Positions 26,520 to 39,112 of a stretch of 64,000 nucleotides of DNA are shown piece by piece (within the stretch, counting starts at the first letter, position 1; every line of letters begins with the position of its first letter). This DNA is from Octopus sinensis (taxonomy: Eukaryota). The translations under genes were made by a program, and so were the position numbers. The notes under the pieces were generated by a model. That model worked only from the letters and a program-made list of their open reading frames with translations, was not told the origin of the DNA and did not search any database. The DNA lies in contig NC_043001.1 of the NCBI RefSeq assembly GCF_006345805.1, positions 88,970,001-89,034,000 of the forward strand, read 5' to 3'.

Positions 26520-28200
26520 TACATCGCCCGACAGTTAAGGCACGCAGTGTGCTGGAGTGCATTGTAGCAATTAGGACATTATGTGAGACGCTTTGCACAA
26601 TATGCATGTTGCTACTTAAACTCCTATTAGTTCCTCGACCCTAACCTTACCTTCGGCTCGTTGACATGTTAATCTATGTTGAATAAACTATTGCTTAACC
26701 TTCGATCACCAACTCACCTTCGGGTCACCCCTGATCCAAGAAATATATATAATCAAAAGTACTCCAGCCGTAATGAACTCTTTTTTTTTTTCAGTATCTG
26801 GGACCATGTTATCAAATATGTCCTTCCTATTCTGAAGACGACAAGGTGTGATTTACAGGATTTTTGATTGCTAGTTCTAGCAGATAGTGGCTATTATGAT
26901 GTTAGCGAACATAATCAGCAACCTTTAGATTCTAGTTCATTTGCATCATTTTTGCGTTTGAGATTTTATGCCTATGTAAACTATTTTAAGTTAGGGTTTT
27001 ATAAAAGAACGTTCACCAATGTATGCAATACGTGATTTACACGTTCAGGGTGAAAGCACGGAAAACGATACGCTGGATAAAGGTTAAAAAGAATTACACT
27101 CTCAATAAAGTGGAGCTAACAACCTTTAGTTGCGAATTTATTTGTTCGCTCTATCAAATATAAGAATTAGAAGAAAAATAATCAAGAAATTTTTTAAATA
27201 AAGCTAAATATAAATATATACACACACACATACATCTTTATATATCTATCTAAATATGTATGTACATGTGTGTGTGTGCGTAGATTTGGTAAAATAGACT
27301 GGTACAGAATTCAATACATCAGTATATATACTTTTTTATTACTTTTAGTCGATAAAAAGTTTCAAAAGTTACTCCAAGGCGGAGAGTTTCGTACATTGCA
27401 CCTATCTATCTTTCCTCTCTCTCTCTCTCTCTGTATGTATGTATGCATACATATATATATACACACACACACATATATATATGAGAGAGAGAAAGAGAGA
27501 GTAGTTACTAAGGTTATATCACATGATATTATATACTTTCTAAATTAATTTCTCTTCACATAGCATTATATGTTTTTCTGCATATGTGTACACATTATTG
27601 AATTGTAAACTAACAAGATTAAAGGGAACAATCAACGCATGTTGGACACAAGTCAAAATACCATCGCATGTAGTAATAATTTTTCCAGCGCAGTAAATGA
27701 ATACCGTGCAAATAGAAATGTTGCGCGACTACTACTATGAGATACGAAACAACGGCTACAGCAACAAGGTTGTCTTCAGACCTTGTTGGAGGTCGGCTGA
27801 AATACATTTTGTACCGGTTGTTGGGTTCTTGTGGAACATAGATGTCCTCTATAAATAACCACTGCCACACTTCTATCATTTACAACATATATAACTAGGT
27901 TTGCCCTTCTTGTGTTACCACTGTTTTCACTAGTCTTAATATTTTTGCTTATTCATCTGACCCCCCTATATTATTGTATCTACCATAACTACATAAATAT
28001 ATACACGCATACTATATGAACACATATATACGCACGTCCGCACAAACGGACACACATACATTCTCACGCACATATACATAGAATCTTTGTTGGGGAAATT
28101 CTTATGCTCTGTGACTTTCTCATTGATGAAAACCTGTTTAAAACAATGCTTTTGTTGACTTCGCGATAGAAATCCACGTTTTGTTAATTTTGTCTTGGCA
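26520..28200. promoter_or_regulatory. Candidate promoter region (possibly bidirectional) upstream of PDP
   Basis: Visibly more CpG dinucleotides than the flanks, little recognisable TE sequence, directly 5' of the PDP ATG; two consensus minus-strand splice donors at 26646-26650 and 26712-26717. Confidence 0.4.
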
Positions 28201-29772
28201 ATGAACATGAGAAGGTTACCTCCAAGCTGGTTTACTCAACTTGGTACCAGAGTTTCGGACAGAAAATTACGCCCAGTATTTTGTTTGCGACATGGTTTCA
28301 ATCCCTGCAACTGCCGTCACACTACTAGTTACTCGAAACTCTATCAAAGTAATAGGTATCAAAAGAGATTTATCCATCACACATCAAGGCCTGTATTTAG
28401 TGGCCCCGATAGTGTAGAGAATCCTCGTCTCGCTCCCTTGCAAGTTACTTCTATACTTCGTGTCAACGAGCTCAGTGTCGATGTAAATGAGGGAGCGGTG
28501 AAGTATTTCGAATCCAACCAACTCCAGTCCAACAATCCTATTGAAGATCGACGAGGAAATGCCAAGTTTATCGGCGGCCCTAAATTTTTGTTCGGTGTTT
28601 TCGATGGACATGCAGGCTGTGCTTGTGCACAAGCTATAAGTGAAAGGCTCTATTATTATATCGCTTTGATGATTTCACCCCCACATTTGATAGAAAAAAT
28701 TGTCCATATACTGAAGGATCGCGGGCTCGATATCCATTCAACTGGGATTTTAAACTGGTATCGAGGCCCACACGACTATGTGAACAAAGAACTTTCTCCG
28801 ATGTATAGTAAAAGCTTGGTTAAACTGGCAAATGAGATATTAGCGCTGTATATTGAGGAAGAATCCACGATTGATGATCATTTATTGAGTGCATTTTGTC
28901 GACTGGATCAGGATATTGTACAAGAAGCACTACCGAATTATTCCAAAAATGTGAGTAACTTCGAAGCCATGCAGATAGCTTTTTCTGGTTCCTGTGCTTG
29001 CGTTGCTATGGTGGACGGTACAAACTTGTATGTTGCTAACACTGGTGATTGCAAAGCTGTTTTAGGGGTCAATGTTGGAGATGACCAGTGGGAAGCCAAA
29101 GAACTGTCCCATGACCACAACGCTGACAATGTCCAAGAATGTAGAAGACTAGTGAATTCTCATCCGAACGAAGGAACTCATTTGATAAGAAACGGTCGCT
29201 TACTGGGCGACTTAGCCCCCTTAAGAGCCTTTGGAGATGTACGTTATAAATGGCCGGCCAGAGAACTGAAACATGTAGTCAAAACAATGGCTTATTCTAC
29301 CCCATACGGAAACAATTTAATTCCTGCCCACTATCACACACCACCTTATCTGACAGCCGAGCCTGAAGTGATCAGTCGACGCCTCACTCCAAAGGATAAA
29401 TTTCTGGTGCTGGCAACAGATGGACTGTGGGAGATGGTCACTCCTGAGAAAGTTGTAAAAATCATAGCCGGCCACATGGAAGGGAAACAAGTTCATGTTA
29501 ACTTCAGATTACCTTACAGCGAAATCACTTTATCGAATATTAATCAAATCTTGTTGAAGAGAAAAACTAGCCTGGCCAATAAAGCTGAGGATTCTAACGC
29601 CGCTACTCACCTAATCCGTAATGCTCTCGGACCGGAGCATGGTCGTGTGTCTGCTATGTTGACCCTACCAATTCATATATCACGTCTATACAGGGATGAT
29701 ATTACAGTTACTGTTATATATTTCGATACAGACTATATACGTGACCATTTTCATCAGACATCGGCAGAATGA
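28201..29772 (+). CDS. PDP1: Pyruvate dehydrogenase [acetyl-transferring]-phosphatase catalytic subunit, mitochondrial (PP2C family), single uninterrupted ORF of 523 aa
   Basis: PP2C/PDP motifs in order: FGVFDGHAGCACAQ, YVANTGDCKAVLG, LSHDHNADN, LAPLRAFGDVRYKW, TPPYLTAEPEV, DKFLVLATDGLWE, NAATHLIRNALG, YRDDITVTVIYF. Arg-rich, acid-poor N-terminus resembling a mitochondrial presequence. The track start at 28195 is TTG; the first ATG is 28201 and TGA is 29770-29772. PDP1 versus PDP2 orthology cannot be resolved here. Confidence 0.96.
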   Translation: MNMRRLPPSWFTQLGTRVSDRKLRPVFCLRHGFNPCNCRHTTSYSKLYQSNRYQKRFIHHTSRPVFSGPDSVENPRLAPLQVTSILRVNELSVDVNEGAVKYFESNQLQSNNPIEDRRGNAKFIGGPKFLFGVFDGHAGCACAQAISERLYYYIALMISPPHLIEKIVHILKDRGLDIHSTGILNWYRGPHDYVNKELSPMYSKSLVKLANEILALYIEEESTIDDHLLSAFCRLDQDIVQEALPNYSKNVSNFEAMQIAFSGSCACVAMVDGTNLYVANTGDCKAVLGVNVGDDQWEAKELSHDHNADNVQECRRLVNSHPNEGTHLIRNGRLLGDLAPLRAFGDVRYKWPARELKHVVKTMAYSTPYGNNLIPAHYHTPPYLTAEPEVISRRLTPKDKFLVLATDGLWEMVTPEKVVKIIAGHMEGKQVHVNFRLPYSEITLSNINQILLKRKTSLANKAEDSNAATHLIRNALGPEHGRVSAMLTLPIHISRLYRDDITVTVIYFDTDYIRDHFHQTSAE

Positions 29773-30097
29773 CTATAAATGACTCTAGATTATTGTTTCT
29801 ACTAATCACAAAGCATGGTATAACTTCTTACCTTTCTTGTTTTAAAATTTATTTATGTGTGTATGTTTAAAAAAGAAAAAGCAAAAATATGAAATTTAGG
29901 AACTGTTTTTAACAAATGCTTTCTCCTTCACAGAGGTCTGACTGCCTCTCTGTAAGTACATACAACCCTTGTTTCTGCTTTTTTACTTGTTACGTTTACA
30001 CACATCTATTCGTTTGTTGTAAACCTAAGACTCTGAACAACAAAACAATCTCTTGTTTACATACTGCAATTTAATTCTAAACATTCTTACACACACA

Positions 30098-30176
<79 letters not shown>

Positions 30177-31009
30177 ATATATTATATATATATATATATA
30201 TATAATTTCTATGCCTATAATTCTATTTCTTCTTCCTCTCAGAAATCTATTCGATTTTTGTCAAATTTTCCTCCGAATGATATTCTGCCACCTTAAAAAG
30301 TGGTGGAGAGGGAAAGACACATTGAATAACATAATCAAAGATACACTGTTCCTGAAAATAGATAGGATGGTCATGGCTGGAAAGACTTCGCTCATGCTCT
30401 ACTCAACCGAAGCTGAAGCGAAACTGGACAGTAACAACCGCTCTGTTAGTGTATCTGTCTTTATCACACTACTGTTTTCTATGTTCAATATTTGAATGAA
30501 AATATCCATCTACGTACCTACCTCTTTCTCTGCCTACCTATCTATTTATTAACTATTTATTATATACTTACCTACCTATATATCTATCTGTCAAGCTACA
30601 CACTCACACAGACATGCATCAACACGATTGTACCATTCCAGAGACAGAAAGTCAGAACAAGTCAGCAGAAATGTTTCTACTGTTATATTTAATGTATGTT
30701 ATGCAAAGTATTATTATTATAATAATTTTGTTGTTGTTATATCTGCTATTATCATTCATTATTACTTATTTAATTATTCCACAAGTTGAACAGTTTATTT
30801 TTCTATATAACTTTTACCTCCAAGGTTGTTCGAGTGACGAGGTTTAACAATAAATTCTCCCAAACAAAATTTGTCCACAAAAATGGAAAAAAAAAAACAA
30901 ACCCTCAAAAATTCTCTCTGCATTCAATGAGCTTATTGTATTCAGTGCACAGGTGCACTACAATTCATTAGAACCGGATCAAAGAGGTTAGAAAGCAGCA
31001 ATAGGTCAA

Positions 31010-31230
31010 TACAAGAGAGAAAACGGAACGCTAAAAGAGTCATAGAGACAAGGATGACAGGGGACATAGGTATGTCAGTCAGTAATACTGCTGAATTTCA
31101 GGAAGCATGGAATTTTTAAGGATATAGTTTTCTTGACAACTAAAAACCAATGTGAATAGTTTGTTCCAAGCTTTAACAATTTTGAAAGTGAAAAGTTTGT
31201 GATAGTCATGGGTGTTGTACTGTTTTTTTT
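31010..31230 (-). mobile_element. CR1/L2-like LINE 3' end
   Basis: Similar to 44390-44560(-), whose translation gives RIVEA*NKLPISVVNCKDTVSFKN, and to 63850-63930(+). Confidence 0.55.
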
Positions 31231-34200
31231 TGTCTTTTTTTTTTTAATATTTTATAAGCATGTCCATGGGTGGTAGAAGTGACAAAATGGCTGAATTGAT
31301 AAGATGTCTGTTGATTAACAGATCGGTTATCAATTCATATCCTATCACCATCACTGCTGTGTGTTCATGGTCAGCATTTTTTAAATTTTCACTGGTCCAG
31401 TTCATTTAACTGCAAATAGGTTCCTTCGGATGGTTCCCCCTACTAAGCTGGAAACAGCAATAGTACTGTTGTTGTTATTGTTTACTTCTGGTTACCAGAC
31501 CATGATATAACATTCCAGCCTTGGACATCACAACTTTTTGTATATCTTGAATTGTTTCAGTTGTTCTCAATTATCTTTTACCTATGGACTCCCATGCATT
31601 CCAATTTTAATTGAATAGACCATCATAGCTATTCAATGTTTAAAAAAATCCTATTAAAATTGTTATAATTAAATCAAAAAATTGTTAAAATATTTTGTGT
31701 AACTAATTTATTGCACATAATTTTTAACAACAAAATTTTACATGGACCCCCAAGAGTCATATGGTCCTTGATTGAGAACTGCTGGACTATATTATCCAAT
31801 GTCCTTCCTTATTTTTTAGACAGGATGGTGTGATTTGTGAAAATTTGGCTGGTATTGTCAAAAAACTGCATAGTATCCCCCACTGCTATTACCCATCTTT
31901 GTTGCCGATACTGTATAGATGCTTTATTAATTTGCAATGCTAAGTTCAAATCCTAACATAGGCATAGATATCACTTAGAAAGAAAGGTAGGCTCTTATTG
32001 AATCATTGTAAGAATACTGCATCAAATTTTAGTCTTCAATGGTACTACAACAACCCACTAAGTTGTGAGATGTCTTGGCTTATCCATCCCATCTCAGGAA
32101 TTGTTCTGTTACCTGCTATGATATTGAGCAGTAAAGGCCAAAATGACTAAATGCTCAGCCCACATTCCAGATTCAAACGGAATAAAATTATTTCTAAATT
32201 TCACAAAATTAGTGTGAATTCTAGGATTAAAACCCTTGGTCTCTTTTCTATTCGAATGATGCTCCTGTCTGAAACCCTATAATTGTCTTCTTGTGGCATG
32301 TAATTTTGTGAAGTTAATTTCTTTGAAAAAATTTCTACTGACACACAATGCCACTTATTTCCTTAGAGTCTGGTGGTGGTGTTTAGGATTTTAAACTTTG
32401 GCTTAAGGAAAGAATGAAGATTTCTAAGAAGTGGTGTATAGTCTATTGAGTTGACATCACTACATCACTAACACTTATTTTATTGATCCAGAAGGAATGA
32501 AGACTAAATTATCCAATGTGTTCCTGTCTTTTTTTTTTTAAGACAGTAAGGGAGAATTTGAGGGATATTTTTGGCTGCTATATTTAGTAGGTTGGGTGAC
32601 TTTAAGGACTCCCTCTTGTATAAAACGGAAATTAGTATCTATATTAACAACTATTTTACATAAAATTGTCCAATTGGCTAACTTAGATTACCAAATGTGC
32701 TTCATACTGTGGCTTTTATGGGATGTTTTCATGTGAGTAGGTGTAGGGAGGAAATGGCAATAATGTTAAAGGTTCAAAGTAGATCGTGGCTGAATAAAAG
32801 TTGTGTTTAAAAGTGAGGAACAGATCAAGTATATTTGAAGAGTCAGCAGGTCAGTGAAGAACCAAAGCAAGAGAAGAGACTGAGGTTTTATTTCATCCCA
32901 AGTCAGCTTTCATCAAGTGTGATGTATATAGTCAGAGGCATCCAAGCTGTGACCATTTCTTTTGTTCAGATACAGAATATTCAGGACTACATCATTCAAG
33001 GCATTGTTCCTTCTGTTTAAGAGGGTGAGGTATTAGTTCTAGTCAGTCAAACAATTACATAGATGCTCCCTCACTGAGTCAGACCAATCAAGATTTTTCT
33101 TAAATGGGTGATCATTCAACAGAGAACATTATGAAGGTATGAAAGAAGAAAGAGTGACCAAGGGCAATTCTTTCAGACAGGCAGTCAGGCCAATAAGGGT
33201 GCCTCTATGTAGTCATTCAACTAGATAGAAATAACAGGTAAATCTCCCACAAATTACACCCTACTGTCATGAAGAAAACACATTTCACAAGGTTGTCATA
33301 GGTTCCCTGAACATTAGAAAAAAAGATGGGCTGGTCATGGTTGGAATGTCTTTAATGATATGTCTGCTTGATCAAGTTTAACCTTGAGCTAAATAGCATA
33401 ACATCATATGTCTATTTGCAGCCAGCTAAAACTACCTCCCTATTTACAGCCAGTTTAACTGAGCTTTTAATAGTTTAATATATTCATGAGGACACATTGT
33501 AATCTGTATGTCAGATTTAAACATTTGACTTTCTGCTCAATAGACGAGTACGCTGTGATCTCAACCACTATGACTCATATTTTATACATCTAGATGAAGT
33601 TTATTCTGTGTATTTTCAATTAGTTTGTCATTGCTGTCTTCATATGATTCTTTATATCATTTTTGTATAGCAAACTATAAATAACTTTGTCAGATGGAAT
33701 TCATTAAGGTAAATTTTCTATGGCTGGATGCTCTTCCTGTTGCTAACTCTCACCTGCTTCCAAGCAAGATAATATTTCTCTACAGTTGGACATGTTTTCA
33801 TAGGAGATTGAAAACAAACAACACTGCTTGTATGATATTTACAACTATCAAGCAATGTCAAGTCAAAGAGACAAACACACACATGTATGTATATGTGATA
33901 TATATATAGTAGGCTTCTTTCAGTTTCAGTCTATGAAATCAATTCACAAAGTTTTGGTCAACCTAGGTCTATAGTAGAAGACATTTGCCTAAAGTGTTGC
34001 ACAGTAGGTCTGAACCCAAAACCATGTGGTTGGGAAGCAAACTTTTTAATGACACAACCAATAGGATAAAAATATAGAATTTTAATAATAATGAGCTTAT
34101 TGGATACAGTGATCAACTCACTGAAAAAGGTAAAAGAGAGGACAGAAAGTAACAATAACTCAAGTAAAGAAAGGTGGAAATGATGGCCAAAAGTGCAAGT

Positions 34201-35033
34201 GCAATATATAGAGTAAAATGCAAGAAAACAGAAAAGCCACGAAGAAGAAAGGGTGCATAAGCATGTCAGGTTATTCCCTGGATTTAATAATGGAATTGAT
34301 TTGAAATTCTAAACAGCTGAAATATGACTATTATAACCAAGATGAAGACACTATTGTGTGTTTGAGAAGCTTGTTTTCCAACCATATGGGCAGGTGTTTT
34401 TTACTATAGTCCCAGGCTGATCAAATTCCTATGAGTGGATTTGGTAAACTGAAAGAAGCCCATCATACATATATATATGTTTGTGTGTACTCTTGTCTTT
34501 ACATTATTGTTGTAAACGAGCATCACCATCGTACAAGTGGTGTTTGTTTATAATCTGCCATGAAAACATGTCTGGCTATGGAAACATATTATCTTACTTG
34601 GAAACAGGTGAGAGATGTTGACAAGAAAAACATCTGGCTTCAGAAAATCTGCCTCAACAAATTCTGTCTGACCCATGCAATCAGGGAGAAGTGTACTTTA
34701 AATGAGGAGGATATAATTCCTTATCTCTGAAATAGATTAGTTTTAGCTAAAACAAATAGGTATCCTTCCTACTCTACAAACATGCTTTACAGATGAACGA
34801 TACCTGATCAAATCAGTGTGACAGAAACTTGTATAAAGTCCTGGCATTTTTCTAAACATATATCAAATTTCTTGAATTCTTTGACATTACTGAAACGAAA
34901 ATGAAGAGGACAACTTGAGATGAGTAAAGGAAAATGACACCACACATAACTCACCAATAGTAGTTTCTTTTGCAAATGGGGAGTATGTACAAGTTATTGC
35001 CCTTGCATTGAACTGTCGCTCGTTTATTTAGAG

Positions 35034-35344
35034 CAGTGGTTCTCGGCTGGGGTCCACATGAACCCTGATGTTCTGTGTAAGATTTTTAGGGTGTCAACAC
35101 AACAAAATAGTAAATTGAGGATCCAGAATAGTATATTAAGGGCCTCTGAAAAAATTACCTTCCTGATGTATGTATTGCAAGAAACAGCTTTAATGTTTTA
35201 CATAGTTCAAACAACACAAGTGAAGATGTGAAAAGCAAGAATTTTGAAAGAAGTGTCTATAAAACTAGTTTTTAAACATCGAATGGCTAGTAATAAAATA
35301 GTAATCAATGGGGCTCGTAGATAAAAGATGGTGGAGGACCACTG
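35034..35344. mobile_element. hAT (Charlie-like) MITE, 311 bp
   Basis: cagtggttctc / gaggaccactg TIRs and exact 8-bp TSD ATTTAGAG (35026-35033 and 35345-35352). Confidence 0.92.
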
Positions 35345-35447
35345 ATTTAGAGTTTAATGCTTCTCAAGCTAACATATAGCAGCCTCCTCAAAATGTAAAA
35401 TGTTTTTGCTACCTTTCCTCATTTTTATTAATAAGATGACAAAATTT

Positions 35448-35620
35448 CAGCATGGAAGGTGTTTATAAGCCATTTAAGAAACACACAAAATCCGTTAGGT
35501 TCACTTCAACATTTAAATTTAATTTGTCAAAATATTTTCGCCGCTTTGAGACCGTGACCTGTTCACTGATAAAATTCCGTGCTGCATCTCTTAAATGGCT
35601 TATAAACACCTTCCACGCTG
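35448..35620. repeat. Short element with ~32-bp inverted repeats
   Basis: cagcatggaaggtgtttataagccatttaaga versus tcttaaatggcttataaacaccttccacgctg. Confidence 0.7.
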
Positions 35621-36645
35621 CAATTGTTTTTGTTCCAACACACGATCTCAGATCAGGTCACTTGCTATGCAAGTACATTTCCGTAATGACAAAATTTGTT
35701 TTGCAAGTATGTAATTCTCTTTTTTTTAACCACAGTGTTTAACAAAATTTAAAATGTCAGAAACCATCTTAATTTTATTAAATAATTGCCCTCTTTTTCA
35801 GTTTTCATAGCTGTACCACTTATGAGAAACACTGGTTTTGCCCCAGATTAAGCAGATCTCTGGGATCAAAAGTTCAAGCTTTGATTATTCCATTTGTCCC
35901 CATCTGCCTCTTCTGTTTATTTCTTTTAGGCAGGCATAGCTGGTTTGTTAAGAAGCTCACTTTACAACCATGTGGCTTACTATACATATTCTGTATAGTA
36001 CTTTGGCTGTTTCCTAATACAGCCCCACACCAACCAATGCCTTATGAGTAAATTTGGTAAGTGGAACCTGTTGTGTGTGTGTGTGCTTCCACCACCACAC
36101 TACTTAATCAGTGTTGGTTTGTTTACATCCCTGCAGCTTAAGAGCTTAGCAAAAGAAACCAATAGCATAAGTACCAAACTTCAATAAATAAGTACTGGAG
36201 TCAACCAGTTTGACTAAAACTCCCTCATGGCAATACCCACTCCAGCATGGCCACAATCCAATGATTGAAACTAGTAAAAAATAAAAGATAGTGTATTCTG
36301 GACTACATTATCAAATGTGTCCGCTGCATTTATTTGGGTGGTAGTGTGTGATATAAAGGAGTTTTGGCTTCTGTTTCTAGCAAGTTGATTGACCTTGTTA
36401 AGACACCTCTACTTGTAAAAAGAAAAGTAGAGTTGTTGGATATAGTTGTTGTTGTAGCCAGCTCTGCTTAAACAATCCTGTAACCCAGCAGAGAATAATG
36501 AAGTAATGGGTTGAAGTCCATGGGTCATGTACCTTTTGCTGTGTTTGTTGGAATCATTGTATTGTACTACTCAATGTCTTGTAATGTTTAGTACAGTGTT
36601 TCCTCTATGGGATGAAAGCTGTGGTGATTGAAAAGAAGGTGAACA

Positions 36646-37055
36646 GGAGTGGCTGTGTGGTAAGTAGCTTGCTTACCAACCACATGGTTCCGGGTTCAGT
36701 CCCACGGCGTGGTACCTTGGGCAAGTGTCTTCTACTATAGCCTTGTGAGTGGATTTGGTAGACAGAAACTGAAAGAAGCCTGTCGTATGTATGTGTGTGT
36801 ATGTGTTTGGGTGTCTGTGTTTGTCCCCCCCAACATTGCTTGACAACCGATGCAAGCTGGCCCTTGTGCTGGTGGCACGTAAAGGCACCCACTACACTCT
36901 CGGAGTGGCTGGCATTAGGAAGGGCATCCAGCTGTAGAAACTCTGCCAGATCAAGATTGGAGCCTGGTGCAGCCATCTGGTTCACCAGTCCTCAGTCAAA
37001 TCGTCCAACCCATGCTAGCATGGAAAGCAGACATTAAATGATGATGATAATGATT
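36646..37055 (+). mobile_element. Family A SINE head fused to a family C body and (GAT)n tail
   Basis: Switch point at ~36853 (tgacaaccgatgc|aagctggccc). Confidence 0.75.
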
Positions 37056-38707
37056 AATGTGGTGGTCTATGTTATTTAAGTAGTTGTATTAATATAGTTG
37101 ATTGTGCATGTGTGTTTAAGTGTAGCAATATAGTTAACATTTATATGGAAGCTGTATCCACATTTTGTGGTCCATGTAGTGTAAATTATAATATCCAAAA
37201 AACTTCAGTGATCTGTATATTATACTTAAAGCAGATATATGGCTGTAAGACTTCTAAACTGTGGTGTTTGTAATAAGAAAGCATCTCATATAGATGTATA
37301 GTGTTAGAAAATACAGAAACATACCAACAGCAAGCAAAAATCAACCAAGTTTTAGGGTTAGGGTTGTCATAAATAACAGTGACAAACGAAATATACGCTG
37401 CCCGAAGTTCTTGTTGACAAACAACAGCAGTAATTTTATTCAGCTGAATACACATCATTGATTGGTTGAAATTACCGAAATACAACTACTTTAATGTGAA
37501 ATAACTTTGTAAATAAGATTTCTGTTATTTTGAGCTTCATTATTGGCACCACATGGTAAGTAAATGGCTGCTGCTGATATAGTTAAATAGTGATTGAAAA
37601 GTCACCAATGTTGCATTTAGTCATCAGGCTAGATTTTGATGTGTGTTGAGGATTCTCTTATTGCAGGTCATGTGTGTGTTGTATAGCACTTGTTGTCATT
37701 AAGTTCTGATGATGAAAAATATATGTTTGTTATTTGTCTTTGAGTGTGAAAGGCTTCTTTCAGTTTCCATCTACAAAATATACATTCCCAAGGCTTTAGT
37801 TGGTCCAGGGCTGTAACAGAAGATGCTTGTTCAAAGTGCCGTGTAATGGGATTGAAACTGAAATATCGTTGGAAAGCAAAATTCTTAAACATACAGCCAT
37901 GCCTGCACCTATCCCTGCTGTATATTTGTTCTATTGTACATTGTTTAAGTATTGATACCTACATTCTGTCTTCCTTCATTCTGACACTGAGGATTTTTCA
38001 ATGTTGAAGTTGGAAGGCATTTAGCTCAACTTGAATGATTCAAATAAACCACCTCAACCTGAAAATTAGCAGTCAATTGGATTTGAGCCAGTGTCTCCTA
38101 TGAAAACATCATAGCAACTGTGACCAACACCATAATATACATCACCACCACATGACTATGCATCACAACAACCGACAGTTGGAGAGTGACTGCTACTGCT
38201 GCTAACATAACACCAAGGAGTTTGAATAGGGTAACAGAACCAGTGTAACTAGACATTTCCTGGACCGTTTCCTTCTGACTCTAGGCCTTTGCACCTGAAA
38301 TATAAAGGTTTCTGTAAAACTTCCTACATTATCAGAAGCTTTCCTATTTTCCCATTTTCTTTACCTTCTTCAGTTCAAATAACTGTTTTATTACATGGTA
38401 AGGTCTTACACATGTAATATAAGTTGAAAAACTTTGATTAACTGTAATTATCTGTGCAATTAGTGGATAAAAACTCCTATAGGTATTTAAAATTTAAAAA
38501 CCAATGAATATAACTGACTATATCAGCCAGTGGAATTTGACTGAAAATAAAAGATTATACAGATAGGAGTGAATCTTGTCTTTAGAATCAATTGTTGAAA
38601 ATAATGAATATGTTCCAGTTTTATTCAGCTCAGTTACACTTAGAAGTGATCAGTATCTACATATTATACTCACACATACATATATTTTACTTATACATAT
38701 AAGTGCA

Positions 38708-38863
38708 GGAGTGGCTGTGTGGTAAGTAGCTTGCTTACCAACCACATGGTTCAGTCCCACTGCATGGCACTTTGGGCAAGTGTCTTCTGCTGTAGACTTG
38801 GGCTGACCAAAACCTTGTGAGTGGATTTGGTAGATGGAAACTGAAAGAAGCCTGTCTTATATA

Positions 38864-38896
<33 letters not shown>

Positions 38897-39112
38897 GTCT
38901 GTGTGTTTGCGTGCCGGTTTGTCCCCCCCACCACCATCACTTGACAACTGATGTTGGTGTGTTTACATCCCCATAACCTAGCAGTTCAGTAAAAGAGACC
39001 AATAGAATAAGTAGTAGGCTTACAAAGAATAAGTTATGGGGTTGATTTGTTTGACTAAAGGCAGTGCTCCAACATGGCTGCAGTCAAAATGACTGAAACA
39101 AATAAAAGAATA
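38708..39112 (+). mobile_element. Family A SINE, full length
   Basis: Same architecture as the 61277 copy; further copies at 40194-40520, 54981-55375 and 48050-48412(-). Confidence 0.85.

Noticed and set aside
28195-28200. ORF-track start at 28195
   Set aside because: It is a TTG; in a eukaryote the ATG at 28201 (or 28207) is the plausible start.
28201-29772. PDP as a retrogene because it has no introns
   Set aside because: No poly(A) remnant or TSD, and PDP genes are known to have essentially single-exon coding regions in other animals.
38374-38397. 24-nt in-frame micro-exon with strong acceptor and donor
   Set aside because: Splice-like signals alone are common by chance in AT-rich DNA; no partner exons identified. 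Needs junction reads.
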